20,000 nucleotides of DNA from an uncultured virus (IMG/VR IMGVR_UViG_3300035670_000151) (Duplodnaviria > Heunggongvirae > Uroviricota > Caudoviricetes). Made by a program: the position numbers and the translations under genes. Every line of letters starts with the position of its first letter. Position 1 is the first letter of the stretch. Positions 8,401 through 14,779 of this stretch are shown here, piece by piece. The stretch is taken from positions 52,367-72,366 of the IMG/VR virus record IMGVR_UViG_3300035670_000151, one strand, 5' to 3'. A model generated the notes under the pieces. That model had not been told where the DNA came from, did no database searches, and worked only from the letters and a program-made list of their open reading frames with translations.

Positions 8401-11366
8401 GTCAAGCCGAAACCTTCCGCAATGAAGCAAGTGTTTCCGCTAGTAATGCATCAGGTAGTGCAAATACAGCAAGTCAACAAGCAGGTCTTGCTAGTGGCTC
8501 TGCTTATAATGCAAGCCAGTATGCAAATGCTGCAAGCAATAGCGCAAATACAGCCACAACTAAAGCCAACGAAGCAAGCAATAGTGCATCTGCCGTTAAT
8601 GTGTCTAAGATCGAAGCATCTAGTTACGCATCTGGCAATCTAATCGGTAAAGCTAATTTTACTGATGGTCAGAAGGGTAACTGGTCCGGTGCAGTTACTG
8701 TACAATGGGACGGTGGAATTAATGCATACGTCCTTCAACAAACAGCGCGTGATGTTCTTGAAGGCGAGCTTAAGGATGGAAATTGGGCTAGCCGTCGCTT
8801 CCGCATGACAGGTAATGCCGCTGCGTGGAATGGTGTTCCTGCACGTATCGGTTTCCAAACTAAAGACGTCAATGGTAATATCAACTACCCTACGATTCTT
8901 GCTCGACCGGCTGGCACAGGTTATGGCGACTTCTCCGGTGAATTTGTTCTAGGCAACGATGTTGTACAAGCGCGGCCTTTCCTGCAATCGGCTAACGATA
9001 ATGGTGAAACAACTCACGGCATTAATTGGCGTTGGTTCCGAATTGAGGATATCACCTCTGAAAAGAATGCAGAGAGTTTTGCAAATGCCGCATCAGGTTG
9101 GTCTAATTCAGCCAGTAGTGAGGCCAATCGTGCAAGTGGTCGCGCTGATGCCGCTAATGGTTATGCCAATAGCGCCGAGTCTTATCGTAACGATGCTTAT
9201 ACTCATTCGCAAAATGCTTCAACCTACGCTTCACAGGCGGATGGTTATCGTAGTGCTGCACAGTCTGCTTCTAATCTAGCTGCTACCTATTCCGCAGGTG
9301 GTGGTAATATGATTGGTAACAGCGAATTCTTGTCTAAAGATGGCTGGTCAGCTTATGCTAACGGCGCGGGCTTTGACCAGTGGGAAATCAACTACCCATT
9401 AGGTGACGCATGGCATCCCGAAGGCAAGAATGTATTAACTATCCATCAGAATAATGGAGATACTGGTCTATATGGGCAGTGGTTCTATGGGTTCATGCCT
9501 GTTGTCGGTGGGCAATTCTATGAATTCACGGCTAAAGTGGCTGCGCATCGTGCTAACGCCGAAGTACGTATTGATTGGTACGATGTCGATGGTAACGGTA
9601 TAAGCTCTACCTATTCGGGACAAATGGCTACGTCTAGTGGTGGTCGTCAAATCGGTAATTACAGCCATATGGTTGCAAGAGGCTACGCACCTGCTAATGC
9701 CGCCAAAGCGCTTGTTGTAGTGCTTAAGATGGGCACTTTCTCTGGTCAAGGTGATAGCTGGCTTTGGTTCTGTGAGCCTATGTTCCGTAAATATTATGAA
9801 GCAGGACAATCCCCTTCTACTTACGCTGCCGGTAATGGTCTTGATACCACAAAGACTTTAACAGCCAACGTAGCTCAGAATGCCATTGCAATTGCTGATG
9901 CGAACACGCAACTTGGTAGCCTTCGTACTACCGTTCAAGCTGGTAATCCTAACCTGCTAAAGAATGGCGGGTTTGAGCGGGGCATTACCGGTTGGGTCAA
10001 CGGCTATGGCAGTTGGACGGCCATTTCCAATACTTGGGGGCCTTACGCTTACATCTGGGTGGGCGCTACCATGACGCAAGACCGTTACTATTACATGGAC
10101 TCTGCGCATATGGAAGTTGATCCAAATACGCAGTATACTTATAGCTGTACCTATGGTGTTAGTGGTAATAATGGCAACATTCGCGGTTACACCGAAATTC
10201 TCTGGCTCAATAGTAGTGGTCAAGAGGTGAGTCGCAATGGCGCCACCAGCCGTAACGCAAGCTTTTGGTTTGAGCAAAACAGACGTGAAGTTGCTACAGT
10301 AACAAGTCCTTCTAATGCTGTAAAAGCATTGGTACGTGTCATCCTATACGCACCTAATGGGGCTACTGTAGACCAAATGGCGGTTCGTCAACAGAAGTTT
10401 GAGAGAGGCAGTGTTGCAACACCTTACTCGTCAGAAGCGACCGTCAACACAATCAACGAGGCTATCGTTACAACAGATGGTAAAGCTACAACTGCACTTG
10501 CCCGTGCTGCTGTGAAGGTTGATGTCAATGGTTTAATTACTGGATGGGAAACCAATAACAACGGGCAAACTGGTAACTTCAAAGTGTTTGCAGATAACTT
10601 CTCTGTGGAGCCTTCTAGTAGCAGTGGAAATCGTATGGCATGGTCTGATGGTACGCTACGCATCTATGCTGGTGACACGATGTACGTTGTCGGTAAAGGC
10701 TTCGGTTCTTCAAACCAGTTCCTTGAATGGACAGGACCAGCCCAGACTAACCTTGCTAACTGCACAGAAGCTAACGCCATCAAGTTTGTGAAGACTAACG
10801 GCCAAGCTTACTACGCTGGTGGTATCATTGCTGGAACTCTAAAGAACTCAAACGCTTGGAGCGGCCTAGCAGCAACCGGGTCTACAACGGCAGGTCCGTT
10901 CGGTTCTAACGGTAATGATATCGCGGTCAATGCTTCATATTCAATGAGTTGCAACGGCCTACTATCATTCCCTGCTACCTCAACAGGATTGAATAACTAT
11001 AACTCGGCAATCTCAAACTTGCAGAGCAACGGTTACAATATTTCAGGAAGCAACCAAGACGGTCACTACGGTGGCAAGAGTGACAATAGAACAACCGACT
11101 TTACCCTGTCACTAGTGAAAGGTTCGACTACCGTAAGTACCCTAAACACCTGCAACGGGTCCATCACACTAGAAGGCCAAGCGCCTGTTCCGGGCGATAG
11201 TCAGGCCGGTTGGATCAAAAGGACATATAACTATTGGGCATCATTCACTTGGAACGATACCGAAAAATCAACAGCTAACAGAACCTTCACCGTTAACATG
11301 TCACGTTTCAATCCGCCAGACACAATAGCGTCACAAAGAGTAAGTATAACAACAACGGAGTGGTAA
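2406..11366 (+). CDS. Central tail fibre / host-specificity protein (fused gpI-like + gpJ-like) with tandem CBM-like domains
   Basis: N-terminal gpI-like domain ending VVPRGGG plus a hydrophobic stretch. J-family motifs IPVVYGE and WTDNPAW. FN3-like region at about 5235-5510. Ala/Ser/Asn linkers alternate with six globular domains, followed by a DUF1983-like segment (VKVDVNGLITGW..FADNF). Confidence 0.93.
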   Translation: MKTEKFIKVGILYNAFDPSKVEHSEILYRKNTTLARYLHDLPKDCEWKIGLNGTPVTLEEHGKTRLKPTDTIQLVVVPRGGGAKNILRMVAMVALVVGAFFLFAPAAIGGLALLGGSALAVGIGMSVFTLAGGLLINALLAPKTPKIDNEESSSYGYDGAKNTAKEGVAIPVVYGEYRVAGNYVDLYTENVGDDQYLYGRTVLSDGLIDGVSAPYLNDQPITSYDAVTWGFTAGSATETVNPLFSRSISQVTKNAELTYANGYMTHTTTEEIDRFQVNLAFPKGIVHFTTKKGNKDWHESVVTVEYKLASASTWTQLNGGNTDPRWPSWAFNFTDKRAKVIRKTIESQTLTPGIYNIRVRKITQNLDEDHDMDQTIVTDIGEIVTGGTTLRHVANAYYKIKMNEQLSNVPNITWLVKGVKVNHYDINGNVTQKAWTDNPAWIVLDMLIGEERGTPGIYSIDFPAFVEWAQWCEDNSLKFNGVFDTTTTLWDACVDVLKIGHAAFSRVGTKLSLAIDKPQQPVMLFGPGNIFKDTFSISYIAMADRANEFEISYYDKEDLNTQKTIRVVDPEADQRGDVPRAVSYSVPGIDNFDQALQEVWYQLYNNRYLRRTVSFEAPVESIGLGIGDVALIQHDVVNWGVSGRLGAGSNELVIKLDRPVTMEDNKDYSILVIGNAASRGTYQVVGSSGNVVTLAGTNGKVLTLENCKRLVQGEVDRSIEAINVVGNSAYVTVGGDNDFVTGTNATVWDTDVIEERDVVYVEGTTDTITVATAFGAAPAQYSNFMFGDKEIVKKPYRLKALTGTGFDQRKLTFVEYNEAIYNPPETIVPYPATTEPKTVLHVRSLAFAHDQYGSYDNTSVDGVLSWQTGHIKNYGGADIYMSIGDAEFTFYQTIFNTNECQIKVSTDQEVAVKVISFNTDLTRASSGAAPTLSLEVDSKASVLDAPTALSVAQISYLATALVEVIWNGPDGLTTDEQTRIRYRVQVKPEGNTEWDEYGVTDQYYLRVGDLRVGTHEFRVRSEIGNSFSDWRTVNFTTFTTTETIQPGATNGSSPSEQALLEQLERDAEAAKDSIEELIETYGTTASAAQSAAEAEGFKVAAENAKTATEGLKSDAEIAAAAAEVSRQASEQAETDANLLKQAAEAAKTASEQARDNASGSANAANGSAQIASTKADEAGISATAAQASAVVASTAARALLPSTFTNADSWSSNWVGATGKITDDARFTLVNDTTFGNVLNVNNVPAFAPHIVPKGDIELVPDRIFEISVQWMLRSGQNGDNPVNGILWAVGIKPDGNANGTYNIPINITVGGVGWGTGYGFKLDKFDVPSNALLADGYTKIRPLIRIDNQGVFSLRTLSIRDVTAERAAKGFADASAESASTASIKATESGNSASSANTSRVNAETAAGNANAYQQQASQSAQDASGSAQTAGNQAGAAATSAYNAGQSANAASNSAQTASTKADEAGNSANAANSSKVAAESAFASAKGILVNSGPTSFRDLYSWTQDFSGGAGDLSGDARFSVRTTNGVTGLGVDNRPHFSPHIASKSLFTLSPGRRLRVNLKWLIVDASSGNPQVSLYLIGRRSNGTDWGISTAFTIQSGQNGWGEGSVYAHHSFECSADDFIAQGVYAARTLARIDVGGYYKLDSMFVEDITDVYNSWNNANASASSAQTASTKADEASQSANAASQSKTDAQTAMGQAQTFAGNASTSANNAAGHEGNAYTYSQNASQSANNANNSANAAAGSAQTASTKANEASVSANAAETSKVSASNIVRANYPSVFNDLNDWSWDWGTASGSLSSDSRFILDESSDGLGRKLGVSNVPHFTPHIVSKGYYPIVRDRRYKITSKLRLRGGQTGSSVSFALFFIGIKDGSFQSGDYWNNASQSFTVGEGQEGWGNGLNTSYIEVNSNTLWDNGVRWIRPLLRIDSQGYYWVTSLQLEDITSANTAKNYADAAAQSASTASIKADEAGNSASAANTSRTNAETAANNANTYRGQAETFRNEASVSASNASGSANTASQQAGLASGSAYNASQYANAASNSANTATTKANEASNSASAVNVSKIEASSYASGNLIGKANFTDGQKGNWSGAVTVQWDGGINAYVLQQTARDVLEGELKDGNWASRRFRMTGNAAAWNGVPARIGFQTKDVNGNINYPTILARPAGTGYGDFSGEFVLGNDVVQARPFLQSANDNGETTHGINWRWFRIEDITSEKNAESFANAASGWSNSASSEANRASGRADAANGYANSAESYRNDAYTHSQNASTYASQADGYRSAAQSASNLAATYSAGGGNMIGNSEFLSKDGWSAYANGAGFDQWEINYPLGDAWHPEGKNVLTIHQNNGDTGLYGQWFYGFMPVVGGQFYEFTAKVAAHRANAEVRIDWYDVDGNGISSTYSGQMATSSGGRQIGNYSHMVARGYAPANAAKALVVVLKMGTFSGQGDSWLWFCEPMFRKYYEAGQSPSTYAAGNGLDTTKTLTANVAQNAIAIADANTQLGSLRTTVQAGNPNLLKNGGFERGITGWVNGYGSWTAISNTWGPYAYIWVGATMTQDRYYYMDSAHMEVDPNTQYTYSCTYGVSGNNGNIRGYTEILWLNSSGQEVSRNGATSRNASFWFEQNRREVATVTSPSNAVKALVRVILYAPNGATVDQMAVRQQKFERGSVATPYSSEATVNTINEAIVTTDGKATTALARAAVKVDVNGLITGWETNNNGQTGNFKVFADNFSVEPSSSSGNRMAWSDGTLRIYAGDTMYVVGKGFGSSNQFLEWTGPAQTNLANCTEANAIKFVKTNGQAYYAGGIIAGTLKNSNAWSGLAATGSTTAGPFGSNGNDIAVNASYSMSCNGLLSFPATSTGLNNYNSAISNLQSNGYNISGSNQDGHYGGKSDNRTTDFTLSLVKGSTTVSTLNTCNGSITLEGQAPVPGDSQAGWIKRTYNYWASFTWNDTEKSTANRTFTVNMSRFNPPDTIASQRVSITTTEW
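5570..9295 (+). repeat. Protein-level repeats: Ala/Ser/Asn heptad linkers with recurrent AS(T/I)KA(D/N)EA motif, period about 870-900 nt
   Basis: The motif recurs near 5916, 6552, 6783, 7428, 7659, 8301 and 8556. A perfect 27-nt DNA repeat CGCTTCTACTAAAGCTGATGAAGCTGG occurs at 5915-5941 and 6782-6808. Confidence 0.9.
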
Positions 11367-11710
11367 TGAAAAAACTAGCACTAATAATGACCGTCTTATT
11401 GGCGGTCTTATTAGGAAGCTGCATGACGATGGGCGGTAGGACAGACTTCTACCAGCTAGAGCGCCAAGAATATGTTAAACAGGAAGTGGCCGTGTCATTT
11501 GTAGACTATCCTAATCAGAAAGAATTCGATCAGGCTTTAAAAAAATATGACGTTCAGGAGAATCCCTCTAGAAAAGTTATGTCATTTGCGGTATTAAAGC
11601 CTAAAGAGAATAAGTGTGAGATACACACTATCGACCAGAGAGTAAAATATATGCCGGAATGGTTGGGTCATGAGTTGGCCCATTGCAGATATGGGCGCTT
11701 CCATAAATAA
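11366..11710 (+). CDS. Predicted lipoprotein with HEXXH zinc-metallopeptidase-like motif
   Basis: ATG at 11366 overlaps the fibre stop (TAATG), with GGAG upstream. MKKLALIMTVLLAVLLGSC is a signal peptide with lipobox. C-terminus is GHELAHCRYGRFH. Confidence 0.75.
   Translation: MKKLALIMTVLLAVLLGSCMTMGGRTDFYQLERQEYVKQEVAVSFVDYPNQKEFDQALKKYDVQENPSRKVMSFAVLKPKENKCEIHTIDQRVKYMPEWLGHELAHCRYGRFHK
11381..11414 (+). terminator. Possible hairpin or weak intrinsic terminator just after the fibre stop codon
   Basis: GACCGTC-ttatt-GGCGGTC stem (one G-U pair) followed by TTATT; it can extend through CTAATAA/TTATTAG. Confidence 0.35.
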
Positions 11711-11717
11711 AGGAAAT

Positions 11718-11915
11718 ATGTCAGAAGAAGTAACGGAAAGTCCAAACGTAAAAGAGCTACAGGCCACCGTTACTTCGCTAAACGACAACGTAGCATATTT
11801 AAAAAAACGGGGCACGTTAGTTTATCGTTGGAAATTGCTAACGAACGCTGAATTTAATAAATTAATAAAATATGCAATTAATAATCGAAACAAGAAAACT
11901 AAGAAAGGCAATTAA
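11718..11915 (+). CDS. Hypothetical small protein (coiled-coil N-terminus)
   Basis: AAGGAA Shine-Dalgarno before ATG 11718, which is a better start than 11670. The 3' end is doubtful because of a slippery A-run. Confidence 0.55.
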   Translation: MSEEVTESPNVKELQATVTSLNDNVAYLKKRGTLVYRWKLLTNAEFNKLIKYAINNRNKKTKKGN

Positions 11916-11917
11916 TA

Positions 11918-12196
11918 ATGACTGATACAACTTCCCCTACGCTAAATGATCTTTATTCTCAGATTAAAGAGAAAGAATACGTCATTCTACAAGAACTTAA
12001 ACTTCTAGTTGATGCTTTTAATGCAGAACTAAATGATCTTCTAAGTGACTCTACAGGCGGAAACACCGCTGCTGCTCAGTATTTCGCAAGAATAAAATCT
12101 ACTATTAGCTATACGCTAGGTCAGGATTTAACAAATATCCTAGCGCAATATACGCCTGCAACAATTTCACCAACTCCTTCACCAGTCGCGGCATAA
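11918..12196 (+). CDS. Hypothetical alpha-helical protein
   Basis: 92-aa ORF with AAAGG RBS, tightly packed, with genome-typical codon usage. Confidence 0.7.
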   Translation: MTDTTSPTLNDLYSQIKEKEYVILQELKLLVDAFNAELNDLLSDSTGGNTAAAQYFARIKSTISYTLGQDLTNILAQYTPATISPTPSPVAA

Positions 12197-12198
12197 CC

Positions 12199-12411
12199 AT
12201 GAGTAGGAGCGGCTTCAAATGGGTAGTGGGTCTTATTCCGCTTCTATCCAGCCTTCTTATTATGATGCTGTTATTTTTCGTCGCTATCCCCGACGCCAAT
12301 AAAGATACCTTGCTCCCGCTAGCTGGTGTCTTCTTTGGTTGGGGTGGCGCTGTTGTAAGCTACGAATTCGGGTCAACCTCAGGCACCCGAAACGGCGAGA
12401 AGAAGGCTTAA
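12199..12411 (+). CDS. Putative holin (2 TM segments)
   Basis: Two hydrophobic helices, a YEFGSTSG motif and a basic C-terminus; immediately upstream of the spanin-like pair. Confidence 0.6.
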   Translation: MSRSGFKWVVGLIPLLSSLLIMMLLFFVAIPDANKDTLLPLAGVFFGWGGAVVSYEFGSTSGTRNGEKKA

Positions 12412-12759
12412 ATGGGTTTGCTTAGCTTTGCAACCATTAAAGGAAAAATTGCTCTATGGGCTATCATCGCGGTAGCCTTAGGAGCTTTTTCTTTTTATGT
12501 CTGGAATTTAAATAAGCAAGTTGATAGCTTACAAGCGGATAAGATAGAACTAACGACTACCCTTAACGCTGCTAATGATACCATTAAAGAAAATGATAGA
12601 AGAGCAGAGGTAGTAGACCAAGTTACTAAACTCGGTAATGAAGAACGAGTTATAATTAAAAAAGAATATCAATCTAAAATAGATAAGGTAGATACGCTGG
12701 TAAAAGAAAATAAAGACCAACCAGTAGGACCGCTTTTAAAAGAGTTCTTTAATGAGTAA
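12412..12759 (+). CDS. Putative i-spanin (Rz-like)
   Basis: Single N-terminal TM segment followed by a coiled coil; overlaps the downstream lipoprotein gene. Confidence 0.7.
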   Translation: MGLLSFATIKGKIALWAIIAVALGAFSFYVWNLNKQVDSLQADKIELTTTLNAANDTIKENDRRAEVVDQVTKLGNEERVIIKKEYQSKIDKVDTLVKENKDQPVGPLLKEFFNE

Positions 12760-13069
12760 AATCCAGTCAATCTTCTATATGATAATTATGTCGGTGCTAT
12801 TAACCGGCTGTTCACATGTTCAGATTTTTAAACCGCAACCTATCAATATACCTGCGGCTCAATATCAATGTGAAAACCCCACTACCAGACCAACCGGAGA
12901 TATCATAATGGAGTCTCAGGTAGCTAAGTATGTAGCAAGCCTTGAAGCTACGATCCCAGATTGCAAGCTAAGACTAAAAGAGCTTCAAGCGATCATAACA
13001 TGCTTCAACGATAGGGAGTGTGATCCACCATCATTAATGAAGGGACTAGCTGTTGCAAAGCCAGATTGA
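12752..13069 (+). CDS. Putative o-spanin (Rz1-like lipoprotein)
   Basis: Lipobox LLTGC, a Pro-rich segment and additional Cys residues; follows the i-spanin. Confidence 0.72.
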   Translation: MSKIQSIFYMIIMSVLLTGCSHVQIFKPQPINIPAAQYQCENPTTRPTGDIIMESQVAKYVASLEATIPDCKLRLKELQAIITCFNDRECDPPSLMKGLAVAKPD

Positions 13070-13108
13070 TGGGTTTAGAAGGCCCCTACAATCGCTGACG
13101 AGCAGTCG

Positions 13109-13216
13109 TTGAATAGGTTAAAAATTAATTGATAAAATTTATATAGTTAAAAATAATTATTAACTTTTAAATTATAATTTATAATATTTTAATCTATTTA
13201 AAAGTTAATAAGGAAC
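13109..13216 (+). promoter_or_regulatory. Extremely AT-rich intergenic control region with sigma70-like promoter candidates and RBS
   Basis: TTGAAT-18-TAAAAT (13109-13138), TTGATA-17-AATAAT (13129-13157), TATAAT at 13173 and 13180, and TAAGGA before ATG 13220. Confidence 0.6.
13157..13211. repeat. Perfect 16-bp inverted repeat with 23-nt spacer
   Basis: TTATTAACTTTTAAAT (13157-13172) pairs with ATTTAAAAGTTAATAA (13196-13211). Confidence 0.9.
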
Positions 13217-13219
13217 TAT

Positions 13220-13939
13220 ATGATTAAATATCAACCTAAAATTTTATTTCTAGATATAGAAACTAAACCAGCATTAGCTTACGTATGGAATTGCTGGAAA
13301 GTAAATATTTCACCGGAACAGATCGTTCAACCTACCGGAATGCTATGCTTCGCTGCTAAATATTTAGGCGAAGAAGAAACCCATTTTTATTCAGAATGGA
13401 CTCATACCCGGTTTGAAATGCTTTTCGCTCTTCAAAAGCTTATTAATGAATCTGTAGCGGTTGTCACTTATAACGGTGATGATTTCGATCTACCTAAAAT
13501 CCACGGTGAATTCCTCCTAGAAGGTCTTGATCCGCCAGCACCTATCACTTCCATTGACCTATTAAAGGTTGTTCGTAAGCTAGGTTTCATGATGAACCGG
13601 TTAGCTTTCGTCGGACCCCACCTAGGCATCGGCGAGAAGATGAAGCATGAAGGCTTCGGACTTTGGGTTGCGGTTATGGCCGGTGATGTAGCGGCTAGAG
13701 ATAGAATGCGCAGCTACAACATTCAAGACGTTGTGATGATGGAACCTCTATATCACAAGCTTAAGCCCTTCATTAAGAATCACCCCCACCTAACCCATAC
13801 CAAGGTAGAGTGCGGAGCATGTGGTTCCAATAATGTCCAGAGTAGGGGCTGGCGTCGGACCAAACATTATCGTATCAAGCGGACACAGTGCCAAGACTGC
13901 GGAAGCTGGGCTGAATCCACAAGAGAGAAAATTTCTTAA
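13220..13939 (+). CDS. RNase H-fold (DEDD/DnaQ-like) 3'-5' exonuclease with C-terminal Zn ribbon
   Basis: Exo motifs LDIET, YNGDDFD and YNIQDV; CGAC and CQDC at the C-terminus. Confidence 0.85.
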   Translation: MIKYQPKILFLDIETKPALAYVWNCWKVNISPEQIVQPTGMLCFAAKYLGEEETHFYSEWTHTRFEMLFALQKLINESVAVVTYNGDDFDLPKIHGEFLLEGLDPPAPITSIDLLKVVRKLGFMMNRLAFVGPHLGIGEKMKHEGFGLWVAVMAGDVAARDRMRSYNIQDVVMMEPLYHKLKPFIKNHPHLTHTKVECGACGSNNVQSRGWRRTKHYRIKRTQCQDCGSWAESTREKIS

Positions 13940-13949
13940 ATCAAGTCTT

Positions 13950-13993
13950 TAAGATAATTTTTAATCTTATATAATGTAGTTCCTAGTAAGGAA
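13950..13993 (+). promoter_or_regulatory. Possible promoter/operator and RBS upstream of phoH
   Basis: TAAGAT/ATCTTA inverted repeat next to TATAAT (13970-13975); TAAGGA RBS lies within a short TTCCT/AGGAA stem. Confidence 0.35.
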
Positions 13994-14002
13994 TATTAAT
14001 GA

Positions 14003-14770
14003 ATGAGTAAGAGTAAACGACCTAAATACCAAGAACCACGTCACAAGCCCATTTCAACCGAGTTTGATGACCAGTTTGCCCACCACGAACTAAAGATCAA
14101 AAAGATTACGCCTAAGAATGATGCTCAAACACATTACATGCGTAAGATTAATGGTAGTTCGATTATTTTCGGGGTTGGCCCCGCAGGAACAGGTAAGACA
14201 TGGCTTTCGACAGTCATGGCGGCTCAAGCTCTTAAGAACGGGATCATTGATAAAGTTATCGTGACCCGTCCTGCCGTGGAGGTAGGGGAAAGCCTAGGGT
14301 TCCTACCGGGCGAGCTAGAAGAAAAATACGAACCATATCTACGACCGGTGAAGGATGCCTTCATTGACGCTTTAGGAGCCGGTCAGACGGAATATTATAT
14401 CAAGGCCGGTAAGATCGAACCGCGCCCCCTACAATTCCTAAGAGGCTCGACCCTTAAGACTTGGGTTCTAGCAGATGAAATGCAGAATAGCACCCCAACC
14501 GAAATGAAGATGCTACTAACCCGGTTCGGTGAAGGTGGTAAGTTCATCATCAATGGCGACATTAAACAGAAGGACATTCCCGGCCCAAGCGGCTTGGTAG
14601 ATGCCCTTTACAAGCTGAAAGGTTTGGACGATGTAGCTATCTGCAATTTCGGACGCGATGATATCGTTCGTCACGGCATCGTTCGCCATATCATTGATCG
14701 ATATGAGGGAACAGAAGGCTATTTCGACACGCAAGAAGGACTGAACAACTTCTTAGCACAAAAACCATAA
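14003..14770 (+). CDS. phoH: PhoH-family ATPase
   Basis: GPAGTGKT, TRPAVE..ESLGFLPG, LRGST, DEMQN, GDIKQ.D and DIVRH motifs. Confidence 0.96.
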   Translation: MSKSKRPKYQEPRHKPISTEFDDQFAHHELKIKKITPKNDAQTHYMRKINGSSIIFGVGPAGTGKTWLSTVMAAQALKNGIIDKVIVTRPAVEVGESLGFLPGELEEKYEPYLRPVKDAFIDALGAGQTEYYIKAGKIEPRPLQFLRGSTLKTWVLADEMQNSTPTEMKMLLTRFGEGGKFIINGDIKQKDIPGPSGLVDALYKLKGLDDVAICNFGRDDIVRHGIVRHIIDRYEGTEGYFDTQEGLNNFLAQKP

Positions 14771-14779
14771 AAGGACATT

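Noticed and set aside
5570..9295. CRISPR array or DNA tandem array
   Set aside because: The repeats are degenerate codon-level repeats within one reading frame, with no constant repeat-spacer structure.
10630..11366. Diversity-generating retroelement target or invertible tail-tip cassette
   Set aside because: No template repeat, reverse transcriptase, invertase or alternative C-termini are visible in this window.
13070..13117. Intrinsic terminator after the spanins
   Set aside because: Only weak, bulged stems are present (GGGTT/GGCCC; CTG/CAG core), with no convincing U-tract.
14003..14770. phoH as a novel auxiliary gene
   Set aside because: It is widespread in phages and has ordinary length and motifs.
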